Positions 1 through 9,591 of a DNA stretch of 64,000 bases are shown here, in pieces (position 1 is the stretch's first letter; every line of letters begins with the position of its first letter). This DNA is from a virus (taxonomy: Duplodnaviria > Caudoviricetes), in the IMG/VR virus record IMGVR_UViG_2894272399_000002, positions 17,174-81,173 of that record. The stretch is one strand, 5' to 3'. A model generated the notes under the pieces. The model was not told the DNA's origin. It did not search any database and was given only the letters and a program-made list of their open reading frames with translations. Position numbers and translations under genes: made by a program.

Positions 1-3000
1 TCTTTCCCGTACAGCTTCCCTCCCCCCCTTTTAATCTCTGCAAGAAGGTTAATGTAGTCCTCAATATCTTGAAACCCGGATGTATCAACGCTTTCAAATT
101 GATACTCTATTTTGGTCTTCGCTTTTCCGCCAGTCATTAGATTTGTCCAGAAGCCGCCAAACCCTTTATTCTCAACTTTCGTATTGAACACTGGATCAAC
201 AAATATCTCTTTTTGGGAGGCAATGGTGTCAACTGTTAGCTGTTGTAGTCGAGTAAGCGCATCTTCCTGCTGTTTGGCATATTGATCATAGAGTGAAAGC
301 ACTCCTTCTGCCCTATCCACTCCTTTTAAATCGTCAAGCAAAACGCGTTGGCGCTCCAATAGATAATTGATACCTTCCAGCTCATTGGCCAAATTCTGGT
401 AATTCTCTACCTGGGCATCCATTGCGGTAGCCAAATCCGAAGCCTTCAACATGGCATCTCTGGCTGAAGTGATAGCGAAAGTGATTATCCCGACAATGCT
501 ACCGACCTGATCAGCAGTTGATGCGCTACTATCCATTAAGGTTGAAATGTCGTTGAGCGCAGCGCTGATCTGCTTGAAGGAAATAGAAAATGATTTGGAG
601 ATATTGATGCTAGTATCACCCAAAATTGAATCAAGGATGCCGGCAGCTTCTTTTAGCCCGTCGGACGTATCTTTGTTCAACTCTCGTTTGGTGTTGGCCA
701 ATAGCAATTCGAGCTTTTTCCGCTCTTCGATCGATAATTTTTCCTTTTTAAGGGCCTCGTCAATATCTGCAATCCTGGCTTTAATCTGCTTCCGACCATA
801 GTCAAGATATTGTTGATATATTTTCTTGTATGAATCCGACTGCTCAAATTCTACATCTTTGATCGCATCTAATTCCTCGTTTTTCTTTAGTTCTATTGCC
901 TTTAATTGTCCCTCCAGTTCGTCTCCACTAGAATTTTTCTGAGCCAACACCTTCAATTCCAAGTATCTTTTCTCGATTTGTAAGACCTTGGCTCCATTGG
1001 CATTTGCCTCGACCAGAAAATCACTCAGCATCAACTGCAATTCCCTTTTTATAGATTGTCTCATTTCGGAGACTTGCTTTAGTTTTTCGAAATCGTCCTC
1101 TGTTTTCGGAGTTCCAAGGCCCGATTGAATTGCGGCCAGATTATCTAAGGCCTCAGATAAAGAGCCTGCGCTTTGCTCAGCCTCGATCAACTGTTTGTTG
1201 AATAACTCAATCCCCGAATCCTTTCCTGTGACACGGTTTTTTTCGGTGTTAAGCAAATCGAGTTTGCTGCTATCTGCCTGGTTTAAAGGTGTAAAATCAT
1301 TCAGAGATTGTAGTTTTCTAATCTCTGAATTTATATAATCCAGATATGACTCATTCCCAGCAACCAAGTTTTTGAATTGCTCATCTGCGGCTTTCTTCCC
1401 GTAAGCATCGACCCAGCGCTGATAAAGTTCATACTGCTGTTTTTTCAGTGCGATTTCTTCCTCAAATGACTTGACAGCGTAAAGTTTCCGGATGTCCTCG
1501 GCCTTCTTCTCGGCTTCGGTTTTGATCTGCATTTGCTGAGAAAGGACACTGGTATTACTACCAGGCGTTTTGTCGATTACTTCCTGGGCTTTTCTGGCAA
1601 TTTCCTCCCAATACGAGATCGATCCGAACGGGCCAATTTTATCAGCGTCCTTTTTATACTTCTGCTGCTCTTTGGTTAACTCGCCAGTTATTGCCCGACG
1701 CTTGGCATCAAGAGCATCGATTTGCTTTTGAAGTTGTTTGTATTCTGAGTTCGAAGAAGCGGTTTCCTGTTGCTCTTGAAGTGACTTAATGGAATCTGTG
1801 TAGAATTTAACCGTTTGGTCGGCATCTGACTTCTCATCAGAGATTGCTTTTTGTCTCTGTTGCCTGCGCGCCTCAATTCCCTCCCGCGACTTTTGAACAA
1901 GTGTCTTTTCGTAGTCTTCTAGTTCTTTAATTGCTTGCTCCCTGTTTCGTCGGGTAATTACATCTGCCTCTTTTTGCAAGTCGACTTTGCCTCCTGAAAA
2001 GCTTTGAGCCAAAGCCAACCCCGTGCCCTCCAAAACAGAAGGGAGAAATTCTTTATCGGCGCTCCCTGACTTTAGTTCTTTGATCCGCTCCCTGGTCTTC
2101 TGTTTCTCGTCGTACAAATTCTGCTGAACCATCCGCTCTTTCATTGCTCGAACGGTTGCTTCAATTGCCTTTGTGCTTTCGTCTGTGGCGATGTTCTCCA
2201 AAGTAAGCGCACTTAAATGTCTGGGTGAAAGTGCGATGAGTTCCTGTAACTTTTGTTTCCGCTCTTCCTGTGATTTGGTTTCGTCCTGTATTGATTTCTT
2301 TAATTGATCAACCTTGATTTTCCGTTGGATATCGACCTTGTCCGACTTCTCGATTTCACCATTGAGACGCTGCTGGGCCTTTTGGGCTTCCGTGGCAGTA
2401 TCGCGGAACAGTGCAACCGCCGTCACCAAAGTAACCAGGGCCGTCGCAGCTATGACATAAGGATTGGCTTTGGTAACCAGATTGAAGAAAATCTGAGCAT
2501 CAGCAGCCGAATGAATTGAAAGAGCGAGATCGCGGTACATTTTCGCTGCGGCGATAGCAGCTGGCAAGGCTTGAACAGCGGCAGTTGCGATAATAGCTGC
2601 GCGGTACGCACCATAGGTAGCGACGATCGTCGTCAGAACATCCAACAGTGGTTCATAATTCTGAACTATCAGAGTGGCAAATTTGATTGAATCTCCCAAT
2701 ACTGCTTCTTGCGATTTCCCTATGTCGTTAAACATTATTTCAATCGCATCCTTTAACTGCGAAGTGAGGCCAGTGAGTGATTTGCTCTGTTTTTCCATTA
2801 AATTGAAAAACATCCCCCCTTCACCAGTCATGTTTTTAAACGCCTTTTCGACTTCCGGAAATCCTACTTTCCCTTGCTCAACAAACTCATTGACCTTATC
2901 GACATTCGTTCCAAGAACCTTAGCCAGCTCTGCATAAATTGGTATTCCTCGTCCAGCAAATTGTCTTATATCAACGGCATACGCTCGACCTTGCGACCTC

Positions 3001-3482
3001 AATGTTCCGTACAGATAGGTGAGATCACCAATGGGAACGGAGATGCCTGCGGACACATCACCAAGCATCCGGAGTTCTTTGACAACATCTTGCGAGGCAG
3101 ATCCATAGGCTAAAAGCTGTTTTGTTGCATTTGCCGCGTCTTTTAGTCCAAAAGGAGTTTGAGCCGCGAGTTGGACGACTTCCCCTAAAAGCTTATCGGC
3201 TTTAGCCTTGTTCCCCAACATAGTGGTAAAGGCAATTTCCAATTGCTGGAATTCGCCTCTGACCTGAATAAGCTTTTGGGGAAGTTGTGAAAGCTCAGTG
3301 AAAGCAAAATAACCGGCGGCGGCCCTACCAAGCTTTGAAAATGTGTCGTCAATCTTTTGAGATTCCTTTACCGCTGTATTACTTAGGCCCTGAACATCCC
3401 GAATCATTTCATTGATCCCGGCACGAAACTTGGCGTTTGCAAGGATGGCTTCGTAAGAGAGCGCCCCGTCGGTAGTATTCAT
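1..3482 (-). CDS. Tail tape measure protein, 3'-truncated by the window edge (>1150 aa)
   Basis: Absent from the ORF track because it has no stop in the window. Manual translation from ATG 3482 (TAATG overlap): MNTTDGALSYEAILANAKF...RGEFQQLEIAFTTMLG...AAQTPF...LGDVSAG...DIRQFAGRGIPI, a typical TMP domain. Same frame is open at position 1; the middle was only spot-checked. Confidence 0.92.
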   Translation of the reverse strand, partial: MNTTDGALSYEAILANAKFRAGINEMIRDVQGLSNTAVKESQKIDDTFSKLGRAAAGYFAFTELSQLPQKLIQVRGEFQQLEIAFTTMLGNKAKADKLLGEVVQLAAQTPFGLKDAANATKQLLAYGSASQDVVKELRMLGDVSAGISVPIGDLTYLYGTLRSQGRAYAVDIRQFAGRGIPIYAELAKVLGTNVDKVNEFVEQGKVGFPEVEKAFKNMTGEGGMFFNLMEKQSKSLTGLTSQLKDAIEIMFNDIGKSQEAVLGDSIKFATLIVQNYEPLLDVLTTIVATYGAYRAAIIATAAVQALPAAIAAAKMYRDLALSIHSAADAQIFFNLVTKANPYVIAATALVTLVTAVALFRDTATEAQKAQQRLNGEIEKSDKVDIQRKIKVDQLKKSIQDETKSQEERKQKLQELIALSPRHLSALTLENIATDESTKAIEATVRAMKERMVQQNLYDEKQKTRERIKELKSGSADKEFLPSVLEGTGLALAQSFSGGKVDLQKEADVITRRNREQAIKELEDYEKTLVQKSREGIEARRQQRQKAISDEKSDADQTVKFYTDSIKSLQEQQETASSNSEYKQLQKQIDALDAKRRAITGELTKEQQKYKKDADKIGPFGSISYWEEIARKAQEVIDKTPGSNTSVLSQQMQIKTEAEKKAEDIRKLYAVKSFEEEIALKKQQYELYQRWVDAYGKKAADEQFKNLVAGNESYLDYINSEIRKLQSLNDFTPLNQADSSKLDLLNTEKNRVTGKDSGIELFNKQLIEAEQSAGSLSEALDNLAAIQSGLGTPKTEDDFEKLKQVSEMRQSIKRELQLMLSDFLVEANANGAKVLQIEKRYLELKVLAQKNSSGDELEGQLKAIELKKNEELDAIKDVEFEQSDSYKKIYQQYLDYGRKQIKARIADIDEALKKEKLSIEERKKLELLLANTKRELNKDTSDGLKEAAGILDSILGDTSINISKSFSISFKQISAALNDISTLMDSSASTADQVGSIVGIITFAITSARDAMLKASDLATAMDAQVENYQNLANELEGINYLLERQRVLLDDLKGVDRAEGVLSLYDQYAKQQEDALTRLQQLTVDTIASQKEIFVDPVFNTKVENKGFGGFWTNLMTGGKAKTKIEYQFESVDTSGFQDIEDYINLLAEIKRGGGKLYGK

Positions 3483-3667
3483 TATCGTTCTAGTGTGCCG
3501 TGGTAGTTCATTAATTGTTTCATCAGGCCCTCATGCGATAGCATCTTGCCCTTTTCCGAATCCGCCTCTTTATTCTTTTTGGATTTGTAGGTAGGAGCAT
3601 CGATGAGCATTCTCTGGATGACTGCCCAAGGAATCTCCCACATCAATTCATGGTAAGTGATTTTCAT
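3482..3667 (-). CDS. Tail assembly chaperone, gpT-like part (probably reached by -1 frameshift)
   Basis: Lies between the gpG-like gene and TMP, in the -1 frame of 3706..4227; that frame is open from about 3843. Confidence 0.7.
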   Translation of the reverse strand: MKITYHELMWEIPWAVIQRMLIDAPTYKSKKNKEADSEKGKMLSHEGLMKQLMNYHGTLER

Positions 3668-3705
3668 GTGGGTAAGGATAGAGCCGCGCGAACCGTAAGG
3701 ACTGT

Positions 3706-4227
3706 TTAGTCCTCGATGTTCAGATCCTCCATCAGCTGCGTCTCCGGCATTTGAGGGGTCGTCGTCCTCCTCGCTGCGCTCAGGTATCTGATAGAGTTTA
3801 TAAAATCCCCATAGTAGCTCATCTGAAGAATGATCAGCGTAAGTTTAAAGAGCATGCGCGAATTGATTCGCCAATAGAAGTAATCAGCCAGGAAAGGGAA
3901 GATAAACCGGAAGAGCGGGCTATTGCCAAGCACTGCGATTGCCACGATCCGCGCGCACCGTTTTGTATGCTTTTTGGTCAGGTTTTTAGCCTCTTTCAGA
4001 TAGGGGTCTTTTTCAAGCAACTCCTCATCCAGATCAAGCTTGATATATTCGTCCGAAAGCCTGTCCATGACTCCCAGGGGCGGGCTTTTAATGTGGAATT
4101 TGCGGAGTTTGGTTTTACTCAGTGAACCCGTCCAGCGCTTGGGAACTTCAAAAAACATCCCGCGACTATTGAGAAGGTCAAGTTCTTTCTGTTCTGCTTC
4201 CCTGGGATCAAATGGCTGTTCTTCCAT
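3706..4227 (-). CDS. Tail assembly chaperone, gpG-like
   Basis: 173 aa, positioned between major tail protein and TMP. Confidence 0.72.
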   Translation of the reverse strand: MEEQPFDPREAEQKELDLLNSRGMFFEVPKRWTGSLSKTKLRKFHIKSPPLGVMDRLSDEYIKLDLDEELLEKDPYLKEAKNLTKKHTKRCARIVAIAVLGNSPLFRFIFPFLADYFYWRINSRMLFKLTLIILQMSYYGDFINSIRYLSAARRTTTPQMPETQLMEDLNIED

Positions 4228-4241
4228 AGTGTGTATTGAAT

Positions 4242-4265
4242 AAAAGCCTCAACTGGGAGGCTTTT
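4242..4265 (-). terminator. Intrinsic terminator/attenuator after the major tail protein gene
   Basis: AAAAGCCTC-AACTGG-GAGGCTTTT inverted repeat with T tracts on both strands. Confidence 0.7.
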
Positions 4266-4292
4266 ATGTCTGTTATGATGTGAATTACAGTA

Positions 4293-4799
4293 TTACGCGA
4301 CTTTCGGCCCGAATTTCCATGGCCCTGTATTCGCTTTATCAGGCTTGAGAACCGAAAGCAAAAGCTGAGCAGTGAACAATCCGTCTTTCTGAAGATTGTA
4401 AGCAGCCTTTGCGGAGATCTGAACGCGAACGAAAGTGAGGTAAAATCCTTTTTTGGGAACAATACGAATTGACTTTTCAATGGTCTGCGCCTGCAAAGGT
4501 GCCTCCCAAACTTTGGCGTCTCCGGAACCGGTTACGGCCCCACCGAAATAATCAACCATTTTATCAGGTGTCATATCCATGACGGACATGTTCAAAGTAA
4601 GCGCTCCCTGAGTCACATCCTTGTCGAGTGGTTGATCTGACTGGATGGACATAAAATCTTTTGTCGTCGGATCAGCCTGGGTCAATGATGCAGTTTCATC
4701 CGCATAAACCGCCCCGACTGTTTCCCAGACGGTTGCAACACCGCCATCTTCGGCTATATCGCCAAATTCGACATCACTGGTACCCCTGGTTACTGCCAT
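4293..4799 (-). CDS. Major tail (tube) protein
   Basis: 168 aa, beta-rich; canonical position upstream of chaperones and TMP. Confidence 0.8.
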   Translation of the reverse strand: MAVTRGTSDVEFGDIAEDGGVATVWETVGAVYADETASLTQADPTTKDFMSIQSDQPLDKDVTQGALTLNMSVMDMTPDKMVDYFGGAVTGSGDAKVWEAPLQAQTIEKSIRIVPKKGFYLTFVRVQISAKAAYNLQKDGLFTAQLLLSVLKPDKANTGPWKFGPKVA

Positions 4800-4846
4800 T
4801 GTCGTGTGTGTTTATTATTAGTGTGTGTGATTACCGGTTACCCGGC

Positions 4847-5251
4847 TTATGCATTATAAATCGTATGATCAATTCTGAAATTGATATAGTGTTGTCCTAT
4901 ATCCGGCTCTTGAAACACTCCCTGACCGGCAACCCAAAAATCATGATCATCAGTACTGAATTCTTTCAAGAGCTCAATAGCCAAATCGGAGAGAACCTTT
5001 ATCCTTCCCGAGTCCTTGATATTGTGGTTCGAAGAGCCTGGAACGGAAACGTCCTTTACATAAATGTTGACATTAGCAACCGCTCTCTGAATTCCTCCTA
5101 CCGTGATGGTCAGCGAATTGATGACAATGTCCTCGAGTTCAGACCCTGCGGCCCTTTCTCCCATCCAAACCCCGCCATTACAAGCCAAATCCAGATCACT
5201 ACCTTTGATATGTTCAAACAGAATGGACTCAACATCGGAAGTGGTTCTCAT
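4847..5251 (-). CDS. Tail terminator/completion protein
   Basis: 134 aa; synteny; VNIYV and HYINFRI strands. Confidence 0.65.
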   Translation of the reverse strand: MRTTSDVESILFEHIKGSDLDLACNGGVWMGERAAGSELEDIVINSLTITVGGIQRAVANVNIYVKDVSVPGSSNHNIKDSGRIKVLSDLAIELLKEFSTDDHDFWVAGQGVFQEPDIGQHYINFRIDHTIYNA

Positions 5252-5754
5252 GTCATTCGGTTAATATTGGCCTTCAACTGCGAAACCATTCGAGGCAAAT
5301 GTTCTTTGGCGTAAAGCTCTGAGCTCGTCAGAACGTCCTTGCCTTTCGATTCGACCGCCGCAGCGTAATTCATTCCTGCAACGACGATCAGCACGTAACC
5401 TCTGGGATATCCTTTTGCCAGACTTTCCGCGAAGCTTTTCCCGGTTTGTACCCCGTCGGCAGATCCTTTGGTCGTCTTTGTTTTTCCAGCCTTGGTTGTG
5501 CTGGTCACTGATGCCGACCGTTTGAAATCCCCTTTTATGATCACCCCGTCTTTCAACAGGACATAACCAATCGAATTTCTAAGGTTTCCCGTTTGGTCTT
5601 TGTAAGTATCCAGTGAGCGGGCAACGTTGACACATTGTTCTCCCAGGTACTGCAGCCGGTTTACAATCGCTTTGTCGATCCTTGCCATCCGGTCCTCCAA
5701 GGACTTTCGGATATCGCCGATCTTGAAAGTTGGTCTTAGGCCCATATCCTGCAA
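5248..5754 (-). CDS. HK97 gp10-like neck/tail completion protein
   Basis: DQTGNLRNSIGY and YAAAVE motifs; synteny. Confidence 0.75.
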   Translation of the reverse strand: MQDMGLRPTFKIGDIRKSLEDRMARIDKAIVNRLQYLGEQCVNVARSLDTYKDQTGNLRNSIGYVLLKDGVIIKGDFKRSASVTSTTKAGKTKTTKGSADGVQTGKSFAESLAKGYPRGYVLIVVAGMNYAAAVESKGKDVLTSSELYAKEHLPRMVSQLKANINRMT

Positions 5755-6056
5755 TTGAAAAGACCTTCTGAAAACAATTTAACCGTACCTTTCAACCTGA
5801 CCTCTGCCCCATTTCTGACCTCGATTGTATCCCCGTTATTGAGCTTTGGACAGTTCTTTGGCGTGTAAATGATCGATGAATAGTCATAGAAACTACCGTC
5901 GTTCAGATCATGCTTTGTACCGTTTTCAGTCTCATCCCGGCAAGCCGAAACGTTGATCCATGAATCAGTGCCTGGTATGATATGCCCATGCGCATTCTGA
6001 TAGCCGCCTTCGGTCGTCTTTACGAAAAGCTGATATGGATACTGGGGCATTACCAT
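5736..6056 (-). CDS. Head closure (stopper) protein
   Basis: 106 aa, beta-rich; synteny. Confidence 0.6.
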   Translation of the reverse strand: MVMPQYPYQLFVKTTEGGYQNAHGHIIPGTDSWINVSACRDETENGTKHDLNDGSFYDYSSIIYTPKNCPKLNNGDTIEVRNGAEVRLKGTVKLFSEGLFNCRIWA

Positions 6057-6379
6057 CGGTTACTGACGTTTTTAAGCGTTGGCTTTGGAAAGTGCTGCTC
6101 GATAAGCTGAGCGCAGCCGCTTTGTTTTACCAAAAGACCGATAGCGCCGGACGAAACCGGATCTGAGTACTCAATACTGTAATTGCCCTCCGAAACCCTT
6201 TTTACGCTTTGTGCGGTTTGGATTTCAGATATCACCAAGCCATAAATCGCGCAGTTGTTTGCTGGATTGTAATCTTGATCAAGATCGATCCCGGCAAGCT
6301 CGGCGGCAATGGCTAAACGTTCATCAGAAACGCTCGCATTGCTGCCGATCAAATGCTTTATGGCTTGGAGGTTGGTCAT
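6050..6379 (-). CDS. Head-tail adaptor/connector
   Basis: 109 aa with VSEGNYSIEY motif; synteny. Confidence 0.65.
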   Translation of the reverse strand: MTNLQAIKHLIGSNASVSDERLAIAAELAGIDLDQDYNPANNCAIYGLVISEIQTAQSVKRVSEGNYSIEYSDPVSSGAIGLLVKQSGCAQLIEQHFPKPTLKNVSNRW

Positions 6380-6708
6380 TACTGTTTCTGATTTTCAGCA
6401 GCAGCTTTCGCTTCCTGTTCAGCTTTCAGTTTTGCAGCGGCATCGGCCTCTTGCGCGGCCTTCTCAGCAGCAGCTTTCGCAGCATCGTCAGTAGGCTCTG
6501 ATTTTGGTTTAACGGTCTTCTTTGGCGCCTCAATCAAGCCACGGCTCACAAGGCTTTCGAGCAATGCTTCGTCAAAATGACTCACATCATCACCTTCTTC
6601 ATAAGCCTTCTCAAAGTTGTCCCTGTCGCGAAACGGAGACAAAACCAGGTACCCGGATGAGACTTCCTGAGCCTCATCCGGGGTTTTGGTGGTGTTTTTC
6701 TTAGCCAT
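6379..6708 (-). CDS. Small capsid-adjacent hypothetical protein with Ala/Glu/Lys-rich tail
   Basis: TAATG-coupled on both sides. Confidence 0.65.
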   Translation of the reverse strand: MAKKNTTKTPDEAQEVSSGYLVLSPFRDRDNFEKAYEEGDDVSHFDEALLESLVSRGLIEAPKKTVKPKSEPTDDAAKAAAEKAAQEADAAAKLKAEQEAKAAAENQKQ

Positions 6709-7796
6709 TATGCTTGAACTGTTTTAGAATCCAAAAGGTAGATCTGGTCTACGTTGGTCAGAACCGGCAGGGCCATCGCTTGTGAAGTGGTAAATTCCGC
6801 GAGTGAAGGCTGGTTGGTGCGATATTTCGATACCAAAACAAACTCATCGGCAACCTGATATTCTACACCAGCTACCGGAGCGTCAATTTCGGCTAGAGTC
6901 GTCCATGTAAGTGTTCCTACAGTTTCACCGGGCAAGAAGGCTACTTGTCCATCAACCCATGGTTTATAGTTGCTTCGAACCCCATTTCTTTCGATCCGGA
7001 TAGTCCTATCAACAACCTCTACCGTGAATTGGTATTTCTTGCGAAGCACTGTATTTAATTGATCAATGTCAGGTGCAAAAAGTGTAGTTCCTGATGGTTG
7101 GTTTATTGAATTCGCGTATGCTTCTTTAACCTGAGTGGTAGCAACAAGGTTGTCAAATGCCGTGTTGTCGAGCATCACTTTTCCAATTGCATTCCCATCC
7201 CCGCTCACTTTCTTCCGTAGCCTTTGAATGTCGTCTAACGGAGTCGCCGAAGCGGCGTTTGACCATACTACAGCTACACCAAATTTATTCGCTGATGGAA
7301 TACCATAATCAACCCGAATTCCAGCACCGACATTCTCCATATCTTCGATAACGGTCATTCCTGAGGAGATTGCCTCAAGTAAGTTGCCTTCAAGCCTCTC
7401 AGATACCCCGGCAATGCATCGTGGTGTGTCAGCAAATAGCTTCTTAAGCAATTGCGGAATTGTGCTGTTTTGCAATCTCAATATTTGCAACTGCTTTAAT
7501 TGACTTTCATTCAAAGCAAGCCTCATACCGATTTTTGGAATATCTCCACTAGCTTTACTTACGACGTCGCGCATTTTTAATGGCAATGGCGAATCCATTG
7601 CAACAATATCAGCGGCCACGATTGAGCTTGCGGCGGAAATGGACTCCCATTTGCCCGTAGCAGAAAAATCACGCGTCAGCATCGTACGATAGCGATACGT
7701 CAAAGGATTTTTCGTGTTATTTAGCGTTTCTACATAAGCCGCAACTAATGGGCCAAAATTGCGCTTGATATACTCGATGAACTGTGACTGTTCCAT
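6708..7796 (-). CDS. Major capsid protein (lambda gpE-like family)
   Basis: 362 aa; AADIVAMDSPLP, GDIPKI and RVDYGIP motifs; downstream of scaffold and decoration genes. Confidence 0.88.
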   Translation of the reverse strand: MEQSQFIEYIKRNFGPLVAAYVETLNNTKNPLTYRYRTMLTRDFSATGKWESISAASSIVAADIVAMDSPLPLKMRDVVSKASGDIPKIGMRLALNESQLKQLQILRLQNSTIPQLLKKLFADTPRCIAGVSERLEGNLLEAISSGMTVIEDMENVGAGIRVDYGIPSANKFGVAVVWSNAASATPLDDIQRLRKKVSGDGNAIGKVMLDNTAFDNLVATTQVKEAYANSINQPSGTTLFAPDIDQLNTVLRKKYQFTVEVVDRTIRIERNGVRSNYKPWVDGQVAFLPGETVGTLTWTTLAEIDAPVAGVEYQVADEFVLVSKYRTNQPSLAEFTTSQAMALPVLTNVDQIYLLDSKTVQA

Positions 7797-7833
7797 TTTC
7801 TAGTGTGTGTTTCAAATGTTATTTAATGGAAGC

Positions 7834-8232
7834 TTAGTCTGCCCTCCAAGTGATCGTCGGAACTGCCGTCTTGAATGCCGACAAAATAGACGTCATCGAA
7901 AATGGAGTTGCTTCGGGGTTGACCGTACCATTAGTAAGGATGCCTGCCATGGGGAGAGACTTCAAGACCGATGCCCTTAATACACCAACATAGACGTGGT
8001 TTGCCGGCAAAGAGCCATAGACAGTGTCATTGGTAGTAAGAGGCATAGGTTTAAAATCTTTCGAAACCGTGTCTTGAATTATGACATGTCCAGCATAGAT
8101 TACTGCCGGGCCAAAGCCAGTTACATCCAGAGATCGGCCTCCCTCGATGCCATCAAGAGCAAGCTTGATAACCACCGATTCTTTACCAGTATTAATTTGA
8201 ACACTGGCGCCATTCAGAGTTGTTGTAGCCAT
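7834..8232 (-). CDS. Head decoration protein (gpD-like)
   Basis: 132 aa between scaffold and MCP; IEGGRSLD..AGHVII..YVGVL. Confidence 0.7.
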   Translation of the reverse strand: MATTTLNGASVQINTGKESVVIKLALDGIEGGRSLDVTGFGPAVIYAGHVIIQDTVSKDFKPMPLTTNDTVYGSLPANHVYVGVLRASVLKSLPMAGILTNGTVNPEATPFSMTSILSAFKTAVPTITWRAD

Positions 8233-8239
8233 TTTTTTA

Positions 8240-8932
8240 TTATGGAAGTATGCTTTTTAACAATGCAGATGCTTCCTCCTTGGAAGCCTCCTTTCCGGCC
8301 GCGCCACCTGTCGGAGTGTATGGCCTTTGAGATTGACCCAAACCCTGATCATTAATGGACTGGGAAATTTCAGCTAAATCAGCCTCGGTTTCAGTGATGT
8401 AAGTGTCAAAGTCTTCATCCTTTTCGAATGAGATCCGTCCAAAGTCTTTCAGGATCTTCGCTTTGATCTTTTCAGGAGCGTCCTTAATTTTTGATTCAAG
8501 AATTTGTTTCCTTGACTCGGAAGTTTTGCCGGATTCGATGGCTGTTAGCTTGTCAGAGAGTTTTTTATTTTCCTCAGCTTGCGCTTTCTGGCTCTCAATC
8601 AAAGCTTTTGCCCACTCTGGCACCTCGTCTGAATCTTTTTTTGTAGTCTTTTTGGCGGTTTCGGATTCGACCCCGTCAGATTTCGCTTTTTCAGCGGCTG
8701 TTTTGTCTTCTTCCTCTTTATCCTTTTTAGCTTTTTCAGCAGCGGCGATGCGAGCATCGATTTCGGATTGGAAAACTTTCAATATCGGACCGACCCCGTC
8801 AACAGCTTCTTCGATTTCGGTTTCTTCTTTTACGCTTTTCTCTAAATAGTCGAGAACCGCATTGATGGCTTTTTGGCTGTACCCAAGCGATTTATACTTG
8901 TTTACGAGAACCACTTTGATTTTTTCTTTCAT
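8240..8932 (-). CDS. Capsid scaffolding protein
   Basis: Charged and helical, with VPEWAKAL motif; start placed at ATG 8932. Confidence 0.72.
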   Translation of the reverse strand: MKEKIKVVLVNKYKSLGYSQKAINAVLDYLEKSVKEETEIEEAVDGVGPILKVFQSEIDARIAAAEKAKKDKEEEDKTAAEKAKSDGVESETAKKTTKKDSDEVPEWAKALIESQKAQAEENKKLSDKLTAIESGKTSESRKQILESKIKDAPEKIKAKILKDFGRISFEKDEDFDTYITETEADLAEISQSINDQGLGQSQRPYTPTGGAAGKEASKEEASALLKSILP

Positions 8933-8970
8933 GAAAACCTCATGTGTGTATAGCGTGTGTGTTGAATGCA

Positions 8971-9113
8971 CAAATATAAAAATAAATATATTCTAAAAAC
9001 AAATGTATTTAAATCATTAAAGAAAATATTTTATTGTCATTTGATGACATTAAAGAATAATATTAAAATGAATATCAATTTATATATGTTTTATTTCAGA
9101 ATGTATATATTTG
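8971..9113. promoter_or_regulatory. Divergent late promoter region
   Basis: TATATTTG (-7 consensus TAnnTTTG) at 8971-8978 on minus and 9106-9113 on plus. Leftward -33 TTTG with 21-nt spacer. Central palindrome TGTCAT-TTG-ATGACA at 9035-9049. Confidence 0.75.
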
Positions 9114-9140
9114 CATAATAACACACACTAAGAGAAGGTA

Positions 9141-9590
9141 ATGCGATTGATCAGCACAGTGCTCACACTACTGTTAATGTTGTCAACCCTGGGATCACTT
9201 CAGGCGCAGACTACATTCACCATTACCATCCCTCAGGACGTAGCCACTAAAGAGTGGGTTCAGGATTACGTCAAAAAGAAGATTGATAGCCTGAACGCTA
9301 TTCAGCATGCCCCATTCCCGCCCTGCACTCAAGGCCCCGAGATACGCGAGATAATAACTGCATCGAAAGACTACCTAACCGTAAAATTCCACGGTGTGAA
9401 TGTCACCTCGCTGGACTACATCATTTTCAATAACGCCCAAATCAGAACGGGGCGATTAAAGCCTGAGTCAAGCACAATCAAATTCAGCTTTAAAGAACTT
9501 CCAACCGGGACGTATTCACTGACCCTGAGCGGCGGAATGTGCACAGGTTCAGACACAAAGACATTTAAGATTAAGAACAACACACTATAA
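9141..9590 (+). CDS. Signal-peptide protein with ATxxWV motif and one Cys-pair Ig-like domain
   Basis: Signal ends LQA|Q; VATKEWVQDY; C-x2-GP...G-x2-C domain. Confidence 0.75.
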   Translation: MRLISTVLTLLLMLSTLGSLQAQTTFTITIPQDVATKEWVQDYVKKKIDSLNAIQHAPFPPCTQGPEIREIITASKDYLTVKFHGVNVTSLDYIIFNNAQIRTGRLKPESSTIKFSFKELPTGTYSLTLSGGMCTGSDTKTFKIKNNTL

Positions 9591-9591
9591 A

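Noticed and set aside
547-3113. Short ORFs listed in the track across 0.5-3.1 kb
   Set aside because: They are antisense or alternate-frame shadows of the tape measure gene, which the track missed because it has no stop in the window.
3843-3849. TTTAAAC heptamer in the chaperone gene as the frameshift site
   Set aside because: Wrong phase (TTT AAA C), and the -1 frame has TAA at that point.
4801-4830. GT/CA dinucleotide runs as phase-variable microsatellites
   Set aside because: Only 3-4 units long and almost always just upstream of start codons; better treated as the late-gene motif.
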